Assembly: GCA_965178125.1 (NCBI GenBank)
Contig: OZ237745.1
Span: 558,001-622,000 of the forward strand
Reading direction: 5' to 3'
DNA from: Bilabrum cf. latius
Lineage: Eukaryota
DNA length: 64,000 bases
Shown in pieces: positions 36,861-49,414 of the stretch. Positions within the stretch are counted from its first letter, which is position 1; each line of letters begins with the position of its first letter. Position numbers and translations under genes: made by a program. The notes below the pieces were generated by a model. It made no database searches and was not told where the DNA came from. It worked only from the letters and a program-made list of their open reading frames with translations.

Positions 36861-37960
36861 GATGTTAAATGCGCATTTCCACTTTACAATGAGTGAAATT
36901 TCTTGAGTTTGTGAACCTCAATAAATCATATAACAAAACGACAGTTCTGCCACTAAGAGTGATGGTACTATCAACATCACAACGCGTTTAACTTTAGAGT
37001 ATCGCTGTTCTGCATGCAAAAACAAGATCGAACACATATCGCGCAGGAGAAGCCAGCTTGCGATACGGTGCCGACTCTGGTGTAGCTAGAACCTTGGGGC
37101 TCGAAGGGCTTAAGACTAATGTTGGATCTCCATAGGTAAGCAGAAAGGCCCTCCCAACAGAATTCGCGTTTGTTCTAATGTGTATGTGTATACATTTTCT
37201 TGCTAGCTTTCATAAGTTTAAGTATACATGTATATCTGTGCGACCATATTAGCTATACTTAGTCCAACTAGAGTAGCACTTTGATTATTTAAGCAATTAA
37301 ACACTAACCGTATGTGTGAGAGCGAACGTCAGCTTCTGGTCGACGATGGCTGTGTAGAGCATATCCGGCAGAGCATCGGCGCGCGAGCGTACTGCGCTGT
37401 GCAGGGCTTGCGGCGCTACGGAGCCAGACAACCAGTCCGGGAGAAATATGATAAAGGCGTCTTTATTCCACGTCTTGAAAGTCGATGAGGCACTTAAGTG
37501 TGCTGTTGCAGGCGTCGTGAGTTGAACTGGGATTGGTCCACGTCGATATGAACGCCTGCTGCGCGCCTTCGAGGGAGGGAGCAGCACCGGTCATGGCAAA
37601 AGTTGCTGTACTAAACGAGTTTGGCGTCGGTACGAAGGCGCAGGTATGGACCCCGTGCAGTCGCCATAGCAGATCTAAACAGGAAATGGAAGTGAATCAG
37701 TACACAGCGTCTTGAAGAAACGAAATTTTTTGTTGATCTTTCGATCCAGGTATAAACTATTGAACTCAGGAGGTGTTTATCTCATCATCACGTTTTAAAA
37801 TACTACTTATGTTGTTTATGTCATATCGCTGACTCTCAAATAACGCTTTTGCTGATCCAGTCTTGAGACTTCTCTTGAAAATGGCTTGCAATTGGCTTTG
37901 TAAACACTGCCAAGAAATGCTGCACAAGTATACAATTATTAAACATTCCACCGATACTAT

Positions 37961-40899
37961 TTACCTAAAGTACGAACCCTGATAAAGTACATTCAGTTCC
38001 TCAATATGCTCCCGGAAACCTGGCATAATAAAAGAGCCTCTGGCGATCTCAAACGCAATTGAGACTGTAGGCTTGGAGTTGTATGTACTATGGCTCCACT
38101 GCTCTGGCACGAACATAATGTCACCCTGCTGTTGAGTGCATACTAGAGCATCGGCAGAGTCTGCATCTCTTGATCGAGCATTGACCATCCCAAAAGATGA
38201 TTCTGCCGGACGTGACAACAACCATTCCTTCGTTCCTTGAAACAAAACATTAAAGGCATCGGGATGAAAATGCATCTACGAGCCTGTACCATTCGGTGCT
38301 ACGAATAAATGGGACTCAACAACTTCCATCCAAGTCGCATTGTATAGGTCTGATGGCAGGACATCCTGTGCAAGAATGTCGAGCTTCGGTACATGGCCTT
38401 GGCTGTATGACGAGAAAAAGGGGAAATCTGCGAACAACTTGCCAAGTAGGTCTGAGAGCGGCAGCTCTTGCGCGTGAATCCCGTAGTTCGCTCCATATGC
38501 AAGGGCAGAAACCGTGACCAACCGTTGCCCGTACGTTGCATTGAGTCCTTGAATCTCAGTTTGCTATGCCAGAGCTGATCGTTGCCATAGGGTATTGGTG
38601 ATACCATCTCGCAGCACGAAGGGTCGAGACACTCTCATGTACATCTCCATGACTTGCTGACTCATCTAGGATAGATTGAGCTCGTCAATATCGCATCGTG
38701 CAGGCAACTCATTGGCGCCTCCTGATACGGCGAAATCTGAGGCGGCAAAGGTCCCAGACACCCCAGATATTGCCGCTAGCCTGGGACACCGTGGGCTGCT
38801 TGACATCACACCCCCATGTTGTTCAAGGGTATCGACAATGTCATCGAAACCATTTGCCGCTGCGACGTCAAGTGCTGTGAAGCCACACTCATCTTTTATG
38901 TTAATCTGGTCGCTGCATCCCTCAAGCAGCGCATCAACAAATGCAGTGAAGCCCCTGCCGCTAGCTACGTGTAGCGCAGTTGTGCCTCTGTTTAGCTAAA
39001 GCGTGGCCCCTGCTTTCACTAAAATTGAAGCAAACTTCGGCACGCCGGTGCGTGCCGCCATCACGAGCAGCGACTAGCCGTTATGATCGACTGCGTTTGC
39101 CAGGTGCCGCTCATCGGAACGAGTGCCGCACCCTGCGGTGAATAGGTCCGACTCGGTGGCATCGGCGTCCTGCGCCTTCGAGTACAGTTGGCCCATAAGC
39201 TCGAGTTGAATCCCAACGGAGTTCAAATGGGGCCACAGCTTGCCGGTGTTTTCTGCTTGCAGCAGCATCTGTGCGTCACTCAGCGTCATACCAACGACAT
39301 CCTGATCAGATTCGCCGGTAGCTGCATCCTTCACGGCCGAGGTCAAAGCACTCATAGCCTGAATAAATGCATGCTAGATTGGGTACAGCCCCAGATTGTC
39401 CTGCCACATGACTGGAATATCTCGGACGCGGAACGGCTGCATTGGAATGTCCTCCTCACTCTCGTAGTGAGCGAGCACATCCTCCTCTACGGTCGGGTCC
39501 TGCCCCCGCATGATGCCGATCCAAGTGTTCATGAAAGTCGCGATCGCCTCTGTGTCGCCGTGCGCGCTCGCGTAGTGCATCAGTGACTACCCTGCCCGGT
39601 CGCGTGCGTCGATCGGCAGGCCGTTTTCGAGCAAAAACCAGAGAAAGTTGGCCGAAGTCATGGTCAGCCCGGAGTCCTCGAATACAACGGGCTCGCCCTT
39701 CTGGTCGAGCTCGTAGGGCACCATCAAGTGACCGTCCAGCAGAACGTGACCCGCAGTGCGGCCCAGCCAGTCGGTGGCCGACATGTTGACGGCCGGGTTG
39801 CACGTGTCGACGAGCAGCCCGGCCACGCGAGCAAGTGCTTTGGGTCGCATGCTCCTCTCCCGCTGCCCCGGCTTGCGCGCTGTTCCCTAGTCCATCGTGG
39901 CGGGCTACTTCCAGATCCTGAGCTGTGCCAGCGTCATCAGCGGCGTCATGCCGGTGTTGAGATCAGGCAGGTTGCAATGCGCCGCACCCTCAATGGTAGA
40001 CAGCAGCCTCCGGATGACTGGAATCCGTGCCGCCTCAGCCGCTTTCTGCAGCTCCGTGCGAAAGCCAAGGCCATACGCCTCAATCGAAGGCACGCCTCCT
40101 CCCGCTGTCGGCGAGTAGTCGGCGTTATCGAGCGCCTCTTGCACATCGTGCGGGCTTACGGCCGGGACAAGCCAGCCGCGCGCCTTTGCGGTTCGTGTCA
40201 GCTTGTCTGCTGCAATCATTGGACAGAAGTGCACAAGCTCCCGCAGGTATGTCACCGGGTGGTCGAGATAGATGGTAGACTGCAATGCCATTCCAAGCAC
40301 CGCGCTTGCGGAGCCGTCGCTGTGAGCGACTGAGAAGTCATACCGCAGCTGTGATTGGCGCTGCACGCTTGGAAATAAGCGAACAATCGGCCACGGGCCT
40401 GAACCCACAGGAGATGGTCCCAGCAAGTGCCTAGCTTGCACCTGCTAGCGCAGCTGTGGAGACAGCGCTTCATCGTCTGGATCAAGATCATCGAGATTCG
40501 GGGCAGGAACGCCCGCCCCATTGCGATAAAGGTTCTGCGAAAATTAATGTGTCCAGTAGAGAAGCTTGAGCTTCATACCGTCGGCCAGTAAGGCACTTGT
40601 CCTCTCAAGTATTTGCTCGGACTCACGATAAGAGCTTCCGGTTCGCTCTTGATGTCAATCAGATAGAAATGGACTTGCTGGCCATCAGTAGATCCTTCGA
40701 TCGCATCTGATATGGCATTGCACGCCGATACGAAGGCCTGATACTCCCGCGCTGTGGTCCCGTTGTGAAACATAACGACCGCACCGCAGCCAGTTCCTAA
40801 GTCTAACACAATGGCCTCCAAGTCTGTGATTGTCGTATGTCTGCAAGCAAAACATGCGGATATAAGTATGGATACAGTAATGACTGCTAGAGTTGTCAT
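37961..40899 (-). CDS. Secreted thioredoxin-like + ankyrin-repeat + JmjC (JMJD8-like) protein
   Basis: Signal-like MTTLAVITVSILISACFA. Short intron about 40578-40535, and possibly another near 40440. Ankyrin repeats (GMTPLMTLA, G[TAG]SLMHYA, GTTALHVA, GFTALDVA). JmjC motifs GTGS[TAG]MHFH...GTKEW...GDIMFVPEQWSHSTYN. Ten TAGs. Ends TAA. Confidence 0.8.
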
Positions 40900-41041
40900 C
40901 AGTGGCTGGGTGTGTGCAAGCTCGTTCTCTTGCTGCCACATTCGGTGGTGTGGGCGCAGGGTTCCGGGTTAGCCAACTCCGATTCACGGGGGGTGACAGC
41001 GGGAACAAGTCCTAGTAAAATACTCATGCTCAACAAGACTT

Positions 41042-42426
41042 TTATGCGTCCGGCGATGCTGGCGTTGCTGGAGCCACCTCGCCGGAGCCCTCACGCTGGG
41101 AATTGAACACAGAGTTCATGCCAGCCGGCAGCGTACCATCTGCTCCTGTCGCTGTCGCAGACGCCCACAAGCTGAGGCCAGAGCTCGCCCCGTACCCCAG
41201 CCACAGCATCAGTGGGATCTGCAGCACTCCCAACCCGAGCACCACCAGGTTTGCTCTCCCCTGCACCGACAGCGTGGACCCCTGAGGCATGCACGCGCCC
41301 AGTGCTGCAGACACAAACCGAACCGTGCACGCCCCGGTGTACGCCAGAGCGACGTAATACCCGACATCCCCGAACCCAAACAGCCCCGCCAGGATCTGCG
41401 CCACGAAGTTCACAATCAGTCCCAGGTACTTGCACCCGCACAGTGCCAAAAGGTCAAGCACCTGAAGCTTCCTCAGCCCATCCACTGCCGAAAGCGCCAC
41501 ATACAGAAGACCCACCTCCAGGATGGTCGCAACCACACACGTGGTCGCAACCTCGCTGAGCATCTCCGGCGTGAACTCCATCTGCGTCCCCTTGAGCAGC
41601 CCGAAGAGGAGCACGTACGTGACCAGGCTCATGGCTGGGAGGTACAGGTCCAGCTGGTTGGGGTCCTCCACCGGGGGGAACACGGAGAGCTCCTGGGAAC
41701 CAGGGGGGGTGTGGTGGTGCTAGTGCTAGCCGTGGGGCTGGTGTATCTGCCCGAAGGCATGCCCTGGTTCCGCTGCTCCCCCCTGCCCGTGCGCCTGCTC
41801 AGCCCCGGCCACCTCTTTTCGCTTCCAGTCTTTCTTCGTGAAAGGGAACAAGAGCGTGCGCATGCGCTGCACTACAAACGATGTATCTACCTAAAATCGC
41901 AACCGGAGAGCCTGCCAAATCATGTGCATGCCTGGGACGTATGCCGCGAGACCCGATTGCACCGCCTGCTTGCCAGCACTCATTGCCATAGACGCCATCA
42001 TTTGGCTGCGAAATTCCACGAAAATTGATGTTCTTGCCTCACTATTTGACGTAATAAAAGATTTTTCAACAAATATAGCGAAATTCTGGCAAGCACTCAC
42101 GTGGCTGGATCGCCCAAGGCCTGGAACGGCTGGGCAAACGGCTGGCTGGGTGCTGCGGAAAACTGCGACGGCCCGTTGCCACGTGCAGCCCCCGGCCCTG
42201 TCTATGGAGTGACAGTTGATCCACTAGGAGCTGATTGTGCCCCCGCGGCACCCTAACCTTGGAACCCTTGAAAGGGTTGCTGCGTTGCGCCGAACCCTTG
42301 GCTGCCAGCTGGCTGCTGCGTTGACTGCACACCTCGCATGAAAGGGTTAGCCGTCCCACCTGATTCATGTGTAGTGCTACTATGTGATCCAAATGGCGGT
42401 GCTCCCTAGCCTCCAAACTGCGCCAT
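41042..42426 (-). CDS. YIF1: YIF1-family ER-Golgi transport membrane protein
   Basis: Exons 42426-42101 and 42005-41042. Motifs LRF[TAG]VDTSFVVQRMRTLLFPF and DPNQLDLYLPAMSLVTYVLL; DLLALCGCKY; several TM helices. TAGs at 42406, 42253, 42202, 41891, 41726 and 41720. Ends TAA. Confidence 0.9.
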
Positions 42427-42562
42427 CGTTGCAGAATCTGCGCCATATACCTCAACCTTCTCCTCGCAAACAAAACCCGGAACTACCGGCAGCCGAACTC
42501 TAGTTTGGCCTACTTTGCTTCGGCACATCACCGCCAACAAATGTTTCTGTTGAGCGTTTCTT

Positions 42563-43237
42563 ATGTATGACCCTGACACTCCCACGGACTATGTGGCGGA
42601 GCTTCGGGTCCGAGTATAGGCGCACCGCGAATTGAATGCTCGGCGTCGAGCTGCCGAAGAGCAGGAGAAACGTCGCGAAGTCGAAGTTAGAGGACTGCGT
42701 GCAGCCCAGAGACAAGAAACGCTGGAATCTATTCGTGCTGACATGATGGACGATGGAAGCAACCTGACTCGGGCGAGCGATGGCAAAGACCCAGTCTAGC
42801 CGCGAAGGATATCTGTCCCCGTGCCGGCCTGGATGCAGGAAAAGAAGCGAAGGATGGAAGAATCAGGGTTCGCCAGGGGACGTGAAGCGGCCCAGAATGC
42901 TATTTTTGAGCTTGGGATAGGTGCTGCAGTCCCCTATGCCGCCGCAAAGTGCGCTAGTCGGGAATCGAGCTCCGCTGCAGAGCAGGCCACAGTGGAAGCC
43001 AGGGCAACCGAAATTGCGCGCTAGTCAGGCATTGCCGGCCCTGCAGCTCGCATGATGGCCAGGATGGGCTACACTCCAGGGGCGGGCCTGGGCCCCCGCG
43101 GGGCAGGGATGAGGGCAGCTCTCGCCCACAAAAAAGTCGGCAAGCGCCACGGTCGGATCGTGGAGCAGTCGCCGGCGGTCCCGCCCGCAGGCAGCAGTGC
43201 CAAGAATACACCGGGTGCCGGCGATGATGGCCGGTAA
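42563..43237 (+). CDS. SPF45/RBM17-like G-patch protein (no UHM/RRM visible)
   Basis: MYDPDTPTDY resembles the SPF45 YDPxxPNDY motif. G-patch RMMARMGYTPGAGLGPRGAGM. TAGs at 42617, 42797 and 43022. Ends TAA. Confidence 0.7.
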
Positions 43238-43683
43238 ATGAATACATGCGTTGCATGTGCTCCATCGAACTTCGAACATCACAAGCATGCAGGACTAGCG
43301 TACCACCGGAACCCTCCGCCCTCCCTTCCCCCTCCCCCCCCCAGACTTCACCGTGCGTCACTGTCGTCGTGTTCTGTAGATACATAGTACATCTCCGTCC
43401 GTGCCCTGAGAGTGGTGCTTTGTGAGCCTCCCCGTCCATCCGGATGCCGGATCCCACGTTTCTCGGCCCGCCGTGCTGCGTGCCTCGTCGCTGTTGCTCG
43501 AACCAAATAGACTAGAGCATCAGCATCCACAGCGGGCACTCACTTGTTCACCTCGGGACCAGGTCCTCCATGCTGCTGGTTTTCTGGATCAATGGTGACA
43601 TTGTCTAAGCTGAGATGAGAAATGTTCTAGAAGCGATTCAAATATAGGCAGAAGCTCGGCAGCACTACAAAGTCGATCCCACA

Positions 43684-43779
43684 TCAGCTCCGTCTCCGTC
43701 GCCTGCCCCCACCCCGTCTCCAGTCACCCGCCGGACCTCCCCGGCCACCCCTGCCTCTGCCGCTGCCACCGCCTCGCTC

Positions 43780-43835
<56 letters not shown>

Positions 43836-43863
43836 TGCCTGGCTGCCACCCACCCCCTTCTCC

Positions 43864-43909
<46 letters not shown>

Positions 43910-46900
43910 CCCACCTCCTCCATGCTCCCCCAGCCCTGAGGGGGCCCCAGCCCGCCCTGCACCCCCGCGCTCAAGGCTCCCCAGCTCGGTATCCCGCCAT
44001 CCATCGCGTCTTGCTGGCCTACTTGCAACTCTGCTTCCATTCTACCACCGGCGCCGTCCCCCCAAGGCATGCCGCCTGCCGGGGACCTACCGCCACCGTC
44101 ACTGCTTTCCTCCTCCTCTTCCTCTGCTGTAGCTCTCAGCTCCATTTGGCGCACCAGCTCATCACCAAGCAGATCACCGGTCAGGTTGCTACCTCCGCTG
44201 TCACTCGACGAGCCATCCACGGCAATGGCTTGCGCTCCCCCCTCTACTTGTGGTGCATCACTTCCCACGTGTCTACCCGCGCCTGTCCTGCTTGACCCCG
44301 CCATCGCAGCCATCATGTCGGCCATCAACCCGCCCCTGTCTGCGCTGAACCTCCTCGCCCTGCCCCTGTCCCTGTCCCTGTCCCTGTCACTCGAGGCCTG
44401 AGGTGGTGACAACCAGGGATCACTCTCCTGGAAACTGCCCGATCGGGCACTAACGTACCCACCGGGCCGGCCGCCGCCGAGCGTGCGCCCCGCTTCAATC
44501 TGAGGGCCCCTCTCGGCTGCAGCAGCCTCGCGCTGCCTGGCCTCCTCCTCCGCCCTCTCCCTCTACAGGGCTACCAGCTCGTCCCTCCTCTCCATCAGTG
44601 ATGCACGGCGCTCCTCAACAGCGCGCATCTGCTCCGCTTGGGCTTGTCTTTGGCCCAGCAACGCCTCCGCAAGGCTCGCCCGCAATTGATGAATGCGCTG
44701 GTCAGCCGCCATGATTGCTGCCTAGTCTGCAGGCTCACCTCGACGTACCCTAGCAGCCATCCGCCCTTCAAGCTCAACAAGCTACGCCTGAAGCTGATCC
44801 ACGCGCCTAGATACATCGCCCGATCCACTGCGAGTGGAACCAAACAACATTCCAATACCACTGCCACTGCGACTACCACCTTCACTCGTACCGGCACCAG
44901 CCCGCTAGGCAGCACGAGCCTCGGCCTCCCGCTGCTCCCGCTACGCGCGCAGCCCAGCCGCATTCCGCAGCTCCTTCTCGCAAAGCACCTGCACGCCCCG
45001 ACCCAAATCATGCACACGGCCATGTGCCCCGCCACTGCCCCAATGCGAACCAGCGCTGCGACACAGCTCGTACCCCTTGCCCCCCACCAGTCGCTCCCGC
45101 ACCCCCTGACGGAAGCACGCGAAGTACAGACTCTCCAGCACCATCTCTGCGATGGGACCGTCTGATGTACCGAACGCCTCCAGCGCCGCCTCCGCGAAGT
45201 CCACGACGCCAGTAAGTGACCCGCCAGCGCGACCAGACGTCGTCATGGACAGCACATGCTCCGCCGCCCGCAGCACCAGCGACCGCTGCCCCATGCCCTG
45301 CGACCGCACCACGGCGAGCACGCCATCCACCCCTACCAAGCTCCCAGCCAGTTCCACTAGCTCCCCCGCAGCTTCCTCGGTCTTGCTGTCCCACGATGCA
45401 CCCTCCCCGTCACCGGTGCCTCCCACACTAGGGCCTCCTTTCTCCTCCCAAACGCCCCGCATCGCCGCCGCAAGCACCTCCCGACGACCCACAACCTGAC
45501 CACCATCGACCCCACCACGTGCCCGCGAGGCCCCCGCAGCCTCTGCGCCAGCACCTGACGCACCTGACTCACCTGACGCAGACACCGTTGCAGCTTTATC
45601 TCCATCAACATCCCCACACATCGCCGCCTGCATGTCTGACACGCTCACACGGCCCACCAGATCCAGCACCACAGCCCCCGCTCCCTGACTCCCATCCCGG
45701 CAGCCCACTCCCACACGTCGACACACCGTGCTCAGGCGCACCGCCCCCTCCATCGCCCCCCCGAGACCAGACAGGCCAGACACAAGACGACCCTGCAGCT
45801 GCTGGCCCCGCGCCCCGCCCCGCTGGCACACAGACTGCAGCATTCGCTGTGCGTCATCCCGCAGCCCAGCGTGCTCCCCCGACGACAGCGCCCCTGATCC
45901 GGACACTGGCCCAACTGCCGCCAGCCGCTCCACACACGGCGCCAGCTCACTCACTAGCAGAGCTGGCAAGCAGCACGGATGGATCGCAGACTCAGCACCC
46001 GACCCCGCCTCATCCCTGCCCTTGCCCTGGCCCTTGCCCTTGCCTGTCATGCCTGACCCAGCCCCCACCACCAGCTCAGAAGGACTCCACGACTGGTCCA
46101 TGCCAGGTGCACCTTCAGATCCAAGCACCGTGCCCAGCCAGCCCACACGACCGCCACCACCAGACACGGACCCACACACAATGCGCATGCACTCCCTGGC
46201 GATGTCGAACGATCCCTGGTGCTGCCGATCCACGCCCCCCTGACGCAAGCACACGGAGCACAGCCACACCAAGTGCTTCGCGAACTCAACGTGCACCCGT
46301 TCGTCTCCAAACTCGCCCTCCCTCATCTTGGGCAACATGCGTGCCACCAGGCCCAGCATGTTGCTGCACACAAAGTCGCTGTCCATGTGCCTCCGCCACG
46401 CACGACCCGACCATTCCATACCCTTGGCCTCAACGAACTCCTTCCCGATCGAGGTATTGTTCATGACGTTGAACAGCAGGGCAGTCACCGGCACCACCAG
46501 CGCCGTAATGTCCCCATGCTCACGCAGCAGCATTGCCGCGCTCAATCCGACACCACATCCCGAAAAGTGGCGCGATGACGAATTCGGACGAGAAAGCGAG
46601 TGTGCAAGCTTCGCAGCCTCTGCCTGCAGCGTCGCCGGCAGACCGGGACACCCCAATACCTGACATACCTCCTTCACAATACTGCTACTCTTCTCCCCAT
46701 TGCTTACGTTCGACAGCATCCGGGAGCTATTCCACGCTGACCGTGGCAACTGGTAGAGAGTGTCAGCCACGAACTTCAGGTGTTGCTCCAGCTGCTTGGT
46801 GCGCTTGCCGAGCGGATCGGCGCGGAGGGCATCGAGCCTGGGTCCAGATATCCCTTTGATGGCTGTCACCGCAGCCGTATATTGCTTGGTGTTTGCGATG

Positions 46901-47013
46901 GCTTCAATGGAAGCCACATCGCTGCCGGTTGGATCCTGGCTCACTGAATCACCGGCTGCTCGCCTTTCAATAAAGTAAGGCACGCCCGTGCGGATCCGTC
47001 CAAACCTACTCAT
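43684..47013 (-). CDS. Hypothetical ~1,109-aa protein: ARM-like N-terminus, coiled coil, polyQ and RS-repeat tail
   Basis: ORFs 44941-47013 and 43684-44412 are one frame joined by TAGs at 44941, 44905, 44782, 44722 and 44563 within an E/Q/R-rich coiled coil. Ends TGA. Confidence 0.7.
43781..43906 (-). repeat. (AGCCGG)n and (CAG)13 microsatellites encoding RS and polyQ tracts
   Basis: About 9 hexamer copies at 43781-43835 and 13 CAG at about 43867-43906. Confidence 0.9.
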
Positions 47014-47191
47014 TGCGAATCTAGCTTTAGATTATTTTTCTGCCAATACTTACAGAGCACTGCCTGCTGTTCTTGCAAAACTCTTTTTCGCAATAGTAAC
47101 GCGCCAATCCTAATTTTATCTCACTTTTTTGCTCGGGATCAGTGACGCGTATTACCCCTTGTCAATCAGGTGGTGGATTTCTCTGCACAGG

Positions 47192-48959
47192 ATGTTGTCC
47201 CTTGCAGGTGTTATTGGTTTCCTTGTTGTAGTATCTGGGGCTCGTGCTGATCCCGACCAGTGTGACCCTGGTAAGTCGAACTGCAAGCCCAGGGCTTTCA
47301 GTGACGATGCCAGCCTTGCGATGATTGCAGCCGATTTTTATTAGGGCAGCATCGTCGATTGCGCGTTTGAGATCCACACTGCAACGCGGACTATTCGTTG
47401 CCCACGGTTGAATTTTGGTTTTATCAATGTACCTCCCATCGCAGATTATGAGGTTAGTAGCGCACACACCAGGTGCTAGTGAACAAGTTTATAGATATGC
47501 AACAGCCCTGAAATTTCTTGTAAATGTTAATCGCATGGCGCAACTGCATCTGGCCGGCCATGGAGAACTGCAGTGCCAACCCCTTCAGATATCTTCTATA
47601 TTGAATCTTCCTATTGCGCAGTGCCGCTTCGATGTCGTTGGCCCCGATTACAACACATACAATTTCGATTTTACTCATATCTGTGGTGATTACGGCGAGG
47701 AGCAACGCGTCACGGACACTTTGAACCATACCTACATTTATTCGCTTTGTGGCACTGTCACGAACGAGCCTGGGTTTGGAGACGGCTGCGTTCCTACTTG
47801 GGGCGAGATCTACCAGTTCGGTGCGGTCGTGCAGTACTGGGACGATCAGCCTACCTGCAACCAGACTGCCCCTGAGTGCACCAACCCCCTTGGCGAGAAG
47901 GTGTGCTGCTCGGCCAACTGCGAGGTCCTGGGTGTGGGACAGCCAATCTTCTCTTTGATGGACCCCAACAACCCCACTTCCGGCGGTGTGCAGATCACGT
48001 ACAGGGCAGCTCCCTCCAAACAGGGGGACGCCAATGAGTGCCCCGTCAACCCCAAGACAGGGGCGCCGCTGGAGAGGAGCGCCACCATCCAGCTCTCGTG
48101 CGACCCCGACGTGCCCGGCAGTGAGAATGCGCCATTTCGTACCCCTGTGTCACATAAACGCGCCTTTCCTAGTCTCTCTGCGTCCTCCTCGACCTGAATC
48201 TTCATGCCCCCAACCGACCACATCCACAGCCCCTCTCCCCCACCTTACCCCCACTACCCCACTTCCGCAGTCACGACTGACGGTGCCAGGGAGAACACGA
48301 CCTGCCAGTACGTCATTTAGGCCAGATCCGCAGCTGCCTGCGGGTGCGCGCCCAATTGTGCCGGCAAGAACTGCGGGAGCGACGGCTGCGGCGGCATGTG
48401 CGGCACCTGCCCCGGCTCCTACCAGTGTGACGCATCGGGGGTGTGCTGCCTCCCCGATTGCACGGGGCGCGGGTGCGGCACGGTCTGCGGTAAGAAGTGC
48501 GGGCAGTGCGCGGACGGCTACTCGTGCAAGAACCTCGACTGCGTGCCCAACGGCGGGTGCACACCCTCGTGCGACGGCAAGGGATGCGGGAGCGACGGGT
48601 GCGGCGGCTCCTGTGGGTCCTGCCCCAAGGGCCACAAGTGCTCCAGCGGGCAGTGCGCCAAGAAGAGGAGCTACACGGGCTTCTTCTTCGGTGGCATGAT
48701 CCTGGCCGTGGGCCTCGGTGTGATCGGCCTAGCCGTGCTGGACTACACTCGCACTGGGGATGCTTTCCACAGCTACCGCAGCCTGACCGGCGGCTCGTTC
48801 GGCGGGGGCAGCAGCGGTGCCAGCAGTGCCGGCATGGTGGGTGCCTCGGGCGGCAGCTACGGCTCGTCCACCTCCACCGGGGGAGGGGAGGCCCCTTCTT
48901 CCTCGGGGACGGGGTCTGCTGCGACCGCAGGCACCTCGGGAGGGTACAACTCCCTGTGA
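47192..48959 (+). CDS. MRH-domain (mannose-6-phosphate receptor / ATG27-like) type I membrane protein with Cys-rich repeats
   Basis: Signal peptide. Intron donor at 47271 (5' exon structure uncertain) and intron 48121-48270. Motifs YIYSLCG, GGVQITY, RSATIQLSCDP and CQYVI[TAG 48318]ARSAAAC. CGSDGCGG repeats, a TM helix, and YRSL and YNSL tail motifs. Ends TGA. Confidence 0.7.
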
Positions 48960-49414
48960 TGAGTGCGAGTGGAGGCAACGTGGCCTTGCATTAGCACCAG
49001 GCGCCGGATCGAGTTCCTTCTAGGGCCAGTCGGAGTATGGATGGGGTGCTGCTGCTTGTACCAATCAGCGGCCCGCATCTGAACGGCTGAGCATGCAGGG
49101 TGTGTGGCTGCTGCCCCTTGGCGGCTCAAGTTCCTTGTCTAGGAATTGCACGGTATCCCTTATGTGCGCTTGATTCTATGTTTATCGTTCTTGGTGTGGT
49201 GCCCGAAGTGCAAAGCAGTGCCCCCACCACACCGGCCCAGCCCAGTCGAGGTGCCAGTTGCACCGCATTCATGAAGGTTCCGCGTGGAAAGGGAACACTC
49301 CGGTCTAGCCGCACTCCTTCGATCACCGTCCCAAGGTTCTTTCCTGGATTTCCTCTGCCTGACGGCGGACGAGTTGTTTGTTTAGCTTATTTTCTTCCCT
49401 CTGAAAGGGATTAA

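Noticed and set aside
36990-37180. Possible RNase P/MRP or tRNA gene in the AT-rich gap
   Set aside because: Only short motif resemblances. I could not build a P4 pairing or a cloverleaf. No tRNA (including a CUA suppressor) was recognised anywhere in the window.
35634-43906. Tandem repeats as a CRISPR array or mobile-element termini
   Set aside because: They are simple coding microsatellites with no spacers, and no cas, transposase or reverse transcriptase genes are present.
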